A DNA stretch of 64,000 nt from Octopus sinensis (taxonomy: Eukaryota). This document shows, piece after piece, positions 53,057 to 64,000 of the stretch. The stretch covers positions 34,596,001-34,660,000 of the forward strand of contig NC_043013.1 in NCBI RefSeq assembly GCF_006345805.1. Direction: 5' to 3'. How positions within the stretch are numbered: position 1 is the first letter of the stretch; the number at the start of each line of letters is the position of its first letter. The notes under the pieces are model-generated. The model made no database searches and was not told the origin of the DNA. It saw only the letters and a program-made list of their open reading frames with translations. The position numbers were made by a program, and so were the translations under genes.

Positions 53057-53966
53057 TAATATGGTTGAGTACCACCAGACCAGTCGTAATTGATCAGACA
53101 AACCTATGATCAAATGCATTCCAGACATTACCATCTCATCTCCTATGTGAGGAATCATGTTGTCCTATGTATTCATTTTCATTTGACACAGTATGGTATG
53201 ATTTAAGGGAGATTTGGCTCCATTTCTAAAAGTTAGTACACTATTTAGACATTTCCTCATTAGCATGAGTTGGTGTAGCTGCAATTGATTATCATTGTTT
53301 CATTCCTGGTGAAGCAGACATAGAACCACAATCCTGTCTTTTTATGTGTATCTGAGACTATTTTATTCAATATAAAATTTCCCTTACAACATTTCAGCTT
53401 ATGATTTAAAGGAGATTTGTTTGCTATTTCTAGAAGATCAAGCTACAACTTATAGACATCCTCATTAACTCAAGACATGCATGATAGTGGGGAAGAGTGG
53501 AGTCCTGGTTGACTGAAATTCTATGGATGTCAGTACAGAACAGTAAATAGCTTATTCATTTTGCTTGAATTGTAACAAAATCACATTCTTAGCTCAACAA
53601 GAGTTTATGGCTTGCAACAGAAATATATATGTATAAAAAAAAATTATTATATGACATATGACAGATTATCATTTCACAAGAATCAGAATTTCCAAAATTA
53701 TTTTAGAATTTGTTATTCAAGGAAATACTGAATTATACAGACTGTTGTTTAATTAGACATTCTAATTATATAAACACCATAGCATAATTAAACATTCAAC
53801 TTTTTTTCAATTGAATCAGTCTGGTGTTGATTGTGTGTGTGTGTGTGTATGTGTGTGTGTGCGTGTATGCGTGCATGTGTGTTTGTATGTAAATATATAT
53901 TTTTTCCACACTGCAAACTTACAGATGCATGTATGTGTATGTATGTGCATGTGTGTGTGTGTGTGA

Positions 53967-54007
<41 letters not shown>

Positions 54008-54145
54008 CACACACACACACACACACACAAATATATATACACACATATATACATACACGCATATATATATATATATATATACGTGTGCGAGTGTGTAGAT
54101 ATAGATACCTCAGTACTTATATAGGTGGATATATGCATGTATGTA

Positions 54146-54189
<44 letters not shown>

Positions 54190-54694
54190 CACTCATATCT
54201 ATATATGTAATTTTTAGATTTTTTTTTTCATTAAAATTTTTTTAGTTCAAAATAAGTATTTTGTAATTAAAGCAGACAAATGAGGAAGTAGTTGTTTGGA
54301 GACTTTTAATTAAAAATCTTCAGCTTTTCGTCATTTGATTATTGTTCTAATTTTTAGTTTCATGAAATCATTAAGTAAGCAGACACATAAGTTCATACAG
54401 AATGATTTACATATATACATATATATCTAAGAGCATCTACATATCAGCACGCAATCACAAAACTATATGAATATTGTCGCACACGTTCCAACTCACATTT
54501 CAATACTGATGCTCTGTCCGTTACACTCATACAGCTTAGGTGAATACATAAACCATGTATGCAATCATACGGATATATACATTCACACATACACACGTGT
54601 GTACGTATACACACACCCACACACAGATTCTGACTACAAACTGATGTGAAACTATCATTTATATTTACACACACACACATACAGATACACAAAC

Positions 54695-54778
<84 letters not shown>

Positions 54779-54868
54779 CATCATGTACTATATATATATA
54801 TATATACACGCACACACATATATACGATATATACACATATATGTATATGTATATACATATACAAACAC

Positions 54869-54913
<45 letters not shown>

Positions 54914-55075
54914 TATATATATACAATATATACCCACATATGTATACATAAACATATACATATATGCACACACAAACACACACATATATAGACATACACA
55001 CACACAGACATATAACATTTATGCATACAAACAAACAGAAAAAGCATATATATATGCACACTTTACATACATATA

Positions 55076-56340
55076 CAGGGGTTGGACAAAATAATAGAAG
55101 CAACTTAAAATTTCAAACAAATTTATTTTAATATGGGGTAGGACCACCTTTGGCGGTAATTACAGCTTGAATTGTATGAGGTGTGGACTTGTACAAAGTT
55201 TGAATTGTTTCCAAAGGAATTTTTTTCCATTCTTCAGCTAAAACAGTCTCCAGTTCTTGAAGTGATGATGGTGGAGAATATCGACTCCTTACTTGTTTTC
55301 CTAAAATGTACCATAAATGCTCAATAATAATGAGATCTGGGGACAGATAAGGGGTTCAACTTCACTAAAATATTCCTCGTGTCATTCAGTAACAACTTTA
55401 GATGTTTGAATTGCTGCATTATCATCTTGAAAGATTGCGTTTCCCTCCAGAATCAGTTCTGCAACCATAGGATGAATTTGATCAGATAAGATGCTTACAT
55501 AGTTTTGACTAATAATACTGCCATGAAGGGAAACCATTGGGCTGGCGGATTTCCAAGATATAGCCCCCACTCCAGATCATCACAGATCCTCTTCCATGCT
55601 TAACAGTTGGAAGAAAGCAGTTTGGGTCAAATGCTTCCTTTGGCTGTCTCCACATGTATACTAAGCCCGTGGTCGGAAATAAGGTAAAGGATGACTCGTC
55701 CAAGAAAACATTCTTTCACTGCTCTAGGGACCAATTCTGTAGGTTTTTACTCCACTCTAAACGCTTTGCAACATATGTTTTTGAAAGTAGTAGTTTTCTG
55801 ATTGCTGCTCTCCTGTGAAATTCAGCTTTGTGCTGCTCCCAGCGAACACTTTTTGTGGAAACTGGGTTCTTGAGGTGGTCATTAAGCTCTGCAGTAATTT
55901 TGAGAGCTGTACTTTTGTGATCCTTTCAAACAATTTGTGTAAGAGCCCGACCATCCCTATCTGAAAGTTTTGGTTTTCTTCTGGAGTTTTGTTTCAATGA
56001 GGAGGTTTTTCCCTCTTTCTCAAAGGCTGTTATTACTTTCGAGACAGTACTTCTTGATACACCAAACATTTCGGCTGTTTCCGTTACACTAGTGCCTACC
56101 ATACAAGCACCAACTATTTTATCTCTTTGAAAGTTCGATAGATATGCCATTTTAATGAATTTTAATTACCTTTTTCTGGTGTTATTTGAAAAATAAACAG
56201 CAATTTTTGCAAAACATATTAAGCAACACTAATAATAAATCAAAAGACACAAAAATAAATAAGCTTTTGATGGTTTTATAGATATTTCAAAATTATGATG
56301 CTATGATGCTAGGTGTTTCCATTATTTTGTCCATCCCCTG
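55076..56340 (-). mobile_element. Full-length (1265 bp) decayed Tc1-family transposon with DD36E (Incomer-like) spacing
   Basis: TIRs of about 27 bp (CAGGGG[T/A]TGGACAAAATAAT[A/G]GAA) with TA on both sides. Paired-like HTH (MAYLSNFQRDKIVGA..GTSVTETAEMFGVSRSTVSKV), and motifs LDESSF, VKHGRGSVMIW, FQDDNA and PDL.IIEHLW. Several stops and frameshifts. Confidence 0.9.
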
Positions 56341-57170
56341 TATATGTGAAGAACTATATGCTAGAGACTAGATGTATACAAATGTATTGTTTATTACGTG
56401 AGTGTAAATGTGTTCTGTTTCAAAATTACTGTTAAAGTTGAAAACTAAGTTTAATAGAAAACTAAAATTGTTGTTGGAACAATAGATTGGTTTATAATGA
56501 TATTTCATTTCTTGTTGCCACATCGTGAATTATCAATACTATTGTTATTGTTACCACTGCTGTCATTGGAACTCAGGATAGCCCTGTGATCGAAGACAGT
56601 CCAACCATACCCATATCATCTTTTATCTTTGCACAGTCCGTCAGGAAATACAATGACCAATGTTGCTGTTGTTGTTTTATTGTTAATCACATAACCACCA
56701 TCAGAGCACCAGTTATCAAGTTGTCTTATGATCAAAGACATACCAGCTGTGACCAGCCAATCTGTTATTCAGACATGGTATACCAAAGACGATATTATGC
56801 AATGTGTCCTTCCTTGTTGCTGTTTAACCCCTCACACCAGTACTGACATTAAGCTGTCCCATGATCAGAGACATTCTAGCAGTGACCAACCTGTGTATTA
56901 TCATGGCTACATTATTCAAAGTTTCTCCCTTTACAAAATAATTATATGGAGGCTTAACTCCTATTTCTAGTAGGTTCTACTGACTAAACAGAGATTACTT
57001 CTTTTGAAAGTGTTCCTTTTAAAGGCCTTTACATAACAATGGTTTTGTCAGAGGTGATGGTCTTTATATGTTATTTCCTGGATAGTCATTAGTCTATTGC
57101 AAATAATACTCAGCAGGATAAATCTGGATCATTATTCTAAAATTGAAATTTGAAATCAAATTCGATGACT

Positions 57171-57630
57171 GGGATTTGTGCTAGTGAAGTGATAAAAGCA
57201 CCATCCAAGTATGATCGTTGCCAGAGCAACAAACTGGCTTCCATGCTGGTGGCCCGTAAAAAGCATCATTCGAGTGTAGTTGTTACCTGTGTCACCTTAT
57301 TGGCACTTGTGCTGGAGGCACATGAAAAAAATATTCGAGCGAGGTTGTTGCCAGTGCTGCTGGATTGGCTCCTGTGCAGGTGGCACATAAAAAGCACCAT
57401 TTGAGCAAGGCTGTTGCCAGTACTGCCTGACTGGCCCTCGTACTGGTGGCACGTAAAAGTACCCACTACACTCTCAGAGTGGTTGGCACTAAGAAGGGCA
57501 TCCAGCTGTAGAAACTCTGCCAGATCAGATTGGAGCCTGGTGCAGCCTTCTGGTTCACCAGGCCTCAGTCAAATCGTCCAACCCATGCTAGCATGGAAAG
57601 CGGACGTTAAACGATAATGATGATGATGAT
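57171..57630 (+). mobile_element. Long S2 copy with about 3 tandem 5' subrepeats of about 60 bp
   Basis: Repeated GTTGCCAGT...GGTGGCAC.TAAAAAGCACC units, then the S2 body and (GAT)n. Confidence 0.75.
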
Positions 57631-58540
57631 TATTATTCTAAACAACCATGTCAAGCTGGTCATGGTTGTGTGATTAAGAAGTTTGTTTCATATCTATATG
57701 ATTGCAGGTTCAATCTCATGGACAAGTGTCTTTTACCATAACCTCAGGTCTATCAAAATCTCGAAGAATGAAGAGGCATAATCCATATCCCAGTTAAATA
57801 AACACTATACCATTAAATGTCTTTAGCAAAGTTGTAAAAACTTGAACCAAGCACCATGTCTTCATTTTACCGGTCAGTAACAGACATTCTGAGAAAATGT
57901 AAGGAATGTTTCTCTTCAATACTTGATGAAGTTCTATCTCATAAAAAAAAAATGATGCTGATGTTGATGATCATGAGGATGAGGATAAGGGTGCTAATAT
58001 AAATGATGACCATGATTATGTAATCACCTAATCAGGGTCTGACTCACCATCAACCAAGAGAAATCTCCAGTCAGCAATAGATATATATCATAAGATGGAA
58101 AAAATTTGATTACACTGGTCAACAACAAAATTATTGTCTAAAATTTTTTAACTGATTTAGCACAATTCTGATATGCTAAATCCAAAAATCACATTAGTTT
58201 TTCTGAATCAGGTCAGCTTTTTTGAACGATGTCCACATGTTATTCTTTATGTTTTTGTTTATATGTACAGGTATTTTTTTGAGAAAGGAAGCAAAACTGA
58301 GAGAAGGCAAGAGAAAGGGATATACTGAAATGTAAGATTATTGCATTGAGTGACTAGATTTAAGACATTACTCAGTAATCTCCCCATCTCATGGACAGAC
58401 ATGAAAGTAGTAGACCAGGATGGTTGGGTAGTGATATTTTAATGCCGTTAGTGTATTGAAAGTAGAATGTACTCTTCATAATGTACCAGTTTTATACTGG
58501 CTAATGAAACTGCAGTGTACCCTGGGTACTAAAACTAATC

Positions 58541-59062
58541 ATTCATCATCATCATCATTTAACACCTGCTTTCCATGCTGGCGTTGATTGGATGGTTTGA
58601 ATGAAAATTTGTAAGCCAGGTAGCTGCACCAGGTTCCAATCTGATTTGGCATGGTTTCTATGGATGGATGTTCTTCCTAATGCCAACCACTCCAAGAGTG
58701 TAGTGAGTGATTTTTACGTGCCACCAGCAAAGGTGTCACTGATGTGACACCAGCATTGGCCACAAAAGCTATCTCGCTTTGCTTGACAGGTGTTCACAAA
58801 CACAGTATATCGTCAAAGGTCTTGGTCACCTGTCACTGCCTCTGTAAGTCCCTATGTTCGAACAGTGCTCTTTACATGCCATCAGCACAGGTGCCAGTCA
58901 GACGGGACTGGTATTGGCCATGGCAATGATTTCACTTGATTTGACCGATCTCCTCAAGTGTAGCATACCACCCAGCATTTGAAGGATACATTTTACATGT
59001 CAGCTATGCGACACTGGCATATTATGGTTTCACGTGGCTTGACAATGATTTCACTTGGCTTA
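58541..59062 (-). mobile_element. S2 copy with extended, decayed 5' subrepeats
   Basis: (CAT)n tail followed by the reverse complement of the S2 body. Confidence 0.65.
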
Positions 59063-59100
59063 GACAACATCTTGTTAGGGAAAAAAGTACATATATATAT

Positions 59101-59310
59101 ATGTGACCATGTGTGTATCGTTGGCGATTTTTTTCCTCAGTCTTCCCTTCCTAGGATCTTTCCTTTTTCTATGTTTCTGACGAAGAGCTCTACTCGAAAC
59201 GTTAAATCCTCCTTCTTTCTTTCCTTTCCTGAGCATCCAATAACACTATACTTGTTCCACATCCTCACGTTGTTGTGTTTTCCCTTTGTGTTTTCAGGTT
59301 TGGATTAACT
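59101..59310 (+). mobile_element. Penelope-like pLTR or retrozyme-like unit of about 210 bp (HH2)
   Basis: Homologous to 8796-9007, with (TA)n on both sides. Confidence 0.7.
59173..59207 (+). ncRNA. Minimal type I hammerhead ribozyme motif, intact (HH2)
   Basis: GTTT-CTGACGA-A-GAG-CTCTA-CTC-GAAA-C-GTT-AAAT: palindromic ACGT stem III (dimer-type) and GUU triplet. Confidence 0.7.
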
Positions 59311-59325
59311 ATATATATATATATA

Positions 59326-59528
59326 TTACGGAGATGTACTCGCATAGCAAGTGATTTGATCTGAGATTGTGTGCTGGAACAAAAACAATTGCAGCGTGGA
59401 AGGTGTTTGTAAGCCATTTAAGAAACACACAAAAGCCGTTCGATTCACTTCAACATTTAAGTTTAATTTGTCAAAATATTTTCGTCGCTAAAATCCGCGA
59501 CCTGTTCACTGACAAAAATCCGTGCTGC
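59326..59528 (-). mobile_element. CpG-rich (young) unit of about 200 bp between (TA)n tracts carrying a variant hammerhead (HH5)
   Basis: (TA)n flanks on both sides and several intact CpGs. Only one copy in the window. Confidence 0.55.
59468..59515 (-). ncRNA. Type I hammerhead motif with a G3:C8 compensatory core
   Basis: TTGTCA-GTGAACA-G-GTCGC-GGATTTTA-GCGAC-GAAA-ATAT-T-T-TGACAA: perfect 6-bp stem I, 5-bp stem II and palindromic AAUAUU stem III. Confidence 0.7.
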
Positions 59529-59577
59529 ATATATATATATGTATGTATATCCATGCTGCATATATATATGTATATGT

Positions 59578-59609
<32 letters not shown>

Positions 59610-59620
59610 TATATATATAT

Positions 59621-59657
<37 letters not shown>

Positions 59658-60134
59658 TTAAGATAATAATGTAGTGATATGTAAACAGTGATTCACATAA
59701 CCAGATGATGTCCATGGGACAGTCATGAATGTCACAACTTCATACCACTTTTTCACTATAAAATTATGGCCTCTACTTATATATAATAAGAGAGAAAGAT
59801 TAGATACTACTTTATGAAAGCAATGATGTTAGAAAATATCAATCAGCTCTCCCTCTCAGCAAGAAAATGAAGATTTTTTTAATATTCTGCTCATTATAAA
59901 AGGATATGGTGATAGAGAAAGGGCAAGTAGCTTGAGAATAAACAACAATTAAAATAAAACACATGTATGCTTCAAAGACACATGCAAATGCATGGATTTA
60001 CAGACCTGTCAAATGCACTCTAATATGATAAAACTGATTGAAATTTGTTAATTAAAAGAGTTGTATTTTAGTGGTTTTTCATAATTCCTGCTTAATTATA
60101 CATATATATGCATGTTATGTTCACGCATATATAC

Positions 60135-60175
<41 letters not shown>

Positions 60176-60760
60176 TACACATATACATACATACACACAT
60201 ATAGACATACACACACACATATGGTTGCATGTGCATGTGTTCTTGTGCATACACAAAATGCACTCATCTAGCTATTGGCTAATGTTTTTCTACATTTATT
60301 TTGGAATCTGTTAATTTACATCTGAGTGTACATGCATGCACATGTGAGCATGCATCTATGCAGTATAAGTGCACGTGTGCATGTGGGTACTTGAGTGAAA
60401 TTTTATAAAGATATATAAGCTGTTTCCTAAGATTACAAAATATTTTTAATTAAATATCTCACACACACACACACACACACACATACGCACATACATATTT
60501 AAATTTTTGTTTACTTTTTTAAAAAATTTATTTCACTTTTAATTTCTTTTCTAACAAAAAATACAAAAACAGGGAAAATATTTATTGGAGACAAAAAACA
60601 AACTATTTGGATAACCTTAAATATTAAATATGTTACTTAAAAAATGGTAAATCTTAACAAACAAATTAAAATTTTAACAAATATAAATATGTTCTTTTAT
60701 GGCTGTGTATCTATATGTATAGATAATTTTTTAAAAATTTATTATACATACATATATTAC

Positions 60761-60820
<60 letters not shown>

Positions 60821-60825
60821 AATAT

Positions 60826-60861
<36 letters not shown>

Positions 60862-61745
60862 GATATATATATATATATATATTTGTTTTTTGTTTGTAAA
60901 TTTACAATTATCTAAAGTGGAATATATTAATTCATATATGCATTTATTAAAAGACCTGTGATGAATCCTATTCTTGGTTGGCTGGTTGGCATAACAACAA
61001 AATTGCATAAACCATCTGAAACACCTCTCTACCTCAGACCTCTGTGCCATCCGGTGTTATTATTCTTTGTCTTAGAGAAGTGCTTTATCTTAATGTTCCA
61101 AAAACCTCACATCCCAAAAGTCAATGATGATGGCTGTTTGGAAATAATTAAATCAAAATTTATCTATTTAATTCTTCACAAAATGACTTTCGGGGAATAC
61201 TCATGTTGTTTTTATTTATCTATTTTGTTCGTTAGTTTGTTTCCTAAATTTTAGTGAATTTTATTAGAGTAATTTTGTAAATTATATTTTCATTATTTTA
61301 GCATAATTTTACTTGATTATGTTTTTTAATTTTATTTTTATCCACATTTATATTTTCTCATATACGATATCATGCCTATGCGTCACTTTCTCTGTACACA
61401 CATATATATACACTCATACATGCACACACACACACTATACATACACATATATACACACACACACACATACGCACATACATATTTAAATTTTTGTTTACTT
61501 TTTTAAAAATTTATTATACATACATATATTACATATATATATATATACACACACACACACATACGCACATACATATTTAAATTTTTGTTTACTTTTTTAA
61601 AAATTTATTATACATACATATATTACATATATATATATATATTATATATATATATATATACACACACACACAGGCACAATGCTATATATACTTATATATA
61701 TATATATACACACACACACAGGCACAATGCTATATATACTTATAT

Positions 61746-61797
<52 letters not shown>

Positions 61798-63654
61798 TAT
61801 ATACATACACACACATTATCATATATATATCTAAATATATATACACTCGCCTACATTACTATATATGTATATATATATATATCTTCATTTACATATAATT
61901 TACAAAGAAAGAAAATTATTGTTTAAAAAATGGGTGATTAACAGAAAATGTAGAAAATGCTAACTAAGGTCTAGGTGTGAATCCATAATGTTGCATGACC
62001 TTAACCCCGGTCTTATCTCTAACGATGGTATCTATTATGCAAATGAAGCTCATTATAACTCTGAAACAATAACAACACCAACCACAACAGCAACAACTCA
62101 AACAGCAAAAAGAAGCCATGAAATTAGCCTTGATGTGGTGACTCAACTTGCTAGCTATAGCAGTTAAACCTTTTGCATATTTTTGCATATTCCTTAAAGA
62201 AACAAAGACAGAGGATGGATAATACAGTAGTTCTATATATAAGAGACTACAAAAAACTGGATGGTCATGTCAGGAATATCTTTGATTATAGTTTTATATA
62301 ATCAAGGTTGGCCCAGGGCTAAACAGCTACTACAACAAACATAAGTCTGTATAAGAGCCTTTAAGTGGTTTTATGATCTGCTAGATATATCAGCTGAATC
62401 TCCTTCAAATCACTTTTAAATGTCTTTAAAAATGTAGGATACTCTGGATATCAATGTGGTCATAGATACATGGTTTGAATATTAGATGAGGATGTCATGG
62501 TTGGAATGTCTTTGATAATTACTGGCCTGGACTAAACAACAACAAAATGTGGAACAAGAAAAACAATAAGATGAAATTAATGCATGAGCTACTGAACCAA
62601 GCAGTCAGTTAACCAAAGAACCACCTAGCAAACTGACCGGTCAACCGAGGAAGTATCCGACCGATCAACCGAGGAAGCATCCAGCCAAACAACCAACCGG
62701 CCATGCAGCCAACCAAAAACAGTCATTCATCCAACCAACCAAGAAACTAATCAAGAAACCAGCCATTTAATAAACCAAAATTCAACCATCAATCTGTATA
62801 AACCAGCCAAAGAGTAATTATGTGGCCACATAAGCTGCTAGATATAACAACCAAAACTCCGTCAAATTACACTCTGCCATATGAAAAGATATGAAAATGC
62901 ATTGCATAATGTAGCTCAAGATACACTATGAGTGAAATAACAGATGGAAGGGTCATGGCAGGAATACTTTTGACCATAGGTCTGCTTAGTGTGCATTGGA
63001 TTCAGGCTGAACAACAACAGACGACAAACCACATTGATTTGTTATGAAAGTAAATTATTTTATTTATTTGCAAGAAATTTTCATTTCTTCTTCCTTAATT
63101 GATATTTTGCTCTCCCTTCTACCATTATTTTTTTTTTTAATTTTCATTTTCATAAATATAGTTTTTCCCAGTTTTTTTAGTGAAACACAGTGAGATGTTA
63201 CACTATTCTTATGTTGCTTCTGTTCATTTTTTAATTAAATTTTATCTCTAATCAATCAATCAATCAATCATTTATTTTAGATTTTAAATTATAACCGGTT
63301 TAGTTGTTTTGTTTCATGGGTAAAATTACTGTTCTTATTTTTAATTTAATTTTGTTTTTAGAGAAGACGTACTGTGTGTAGAATCGGGTGAGCGATGGAG
63401 ATGTTGGCTGTTGAAGGGGGTTAGCAAATACAATAACATACAATTAGAACAAAATACTTAAACACTCCTAACACAGATGGTGTTGGGGTAAGTGTTTGTG
63501 TGGTTGTTACTGCGGATGTGGAGGCAGTATGGAGGAAGGTGAGTGGTGGTGGCATAGATTAGTCCACTACAACCTTTTTAGACTTGTAGTACACTTGTAT
63601 GTTTTTCAAAATTTGGCAGCACACCTGAACTACAAACACAACTAAAAGTATACT

Positions 63655-63890
63655 CTTTTACTATTTTATTTGTTTCAGTCATGTGACTGTGACCATGCTG
63701 GAGCACCGCCTTTAGTTGAGCAAATCAGCCCCAGGACTTATTCTTTGGAAGCCCAGTACTTATTCTATCAGTCTCTATTGCCGAACCGCTACATTATGGG
63801 GGCGTAAACACATCAGCATTGGTTGTCAAGTGACATTGGGGGGACAAACAGACACCCAAACATACACACACATTCATATATATATATATA
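63655..63890 (-). mobile_element. S1 SINE 3' body
   Basis: Reverse complement of the S1 3' body. Confidence 0.8.
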
Positions 63891-63924
63891 TAGGTAGTGG
63901 TGGTGGTGGTGGTGGTGGTGGTGG

Positions 63925-64000
<76 letters not shown>

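Noticed and set aside
57171-57460. CRISPR-like repeat and spacer pattern
   Set aside because: These are tandem subrepeats internal to the S2 family in a eukaryotic context, with no unique spacers and no cas genes.
61964-62188. Opposing short ORFs (MLHDLNPGLISNDGIYYANE on plus; VIMSFICIIDTIVRDK on minus)
   Set aside because: Both are under 75 codons, overlap an (AAC)-rich tract, and lack matching splice pairs.
62590-62810. Pro/Gln/Lys-rich open stretch with a 24-bp duplication
   Set aside because: A degenerate (AACC)n array.

Overview
Very AT-rich, microsatellite-saturated animal genomic DNA, probably a long intron or intergenic region. The SINE families match my recollection of Octopus repeats, so the organism assignment is an inference. 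I can identify no host gene with confidence, and nearly all ORFs in the supplied track are translated microsatellites. The window is a stack of mobile elements: at least four tRNA-derived or (ATG)n-tailed SINE families, three RTE LINE 3' fragments (one ending in three C2H2 fingers), a Tx1/L1-clade fragment, and two restriction-like-endonuclease (R4/Dong-type) retroelement families tied to (CATA)n and (TAA)n repeats. DNA elements include two non-autonomous Helitrons, a full-length decayed Tc1 element with DD36E (Incomer-like) spacing, DD37D/maT and mariner deletion derivatives, and several MITEs. The most interesting signal is nine minimal type I hammerhead-ribozyme motifs, folded by eye, in five sequence-unrelated small elements next to (TA)n tracts. 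Several lie in outward-facing inverted duplications typical of Penelope-like elements or retrozymes. Four motifs keep a complete core, including one with a compensatory G3:C8 swap of the C3:G8 tertiary pair.
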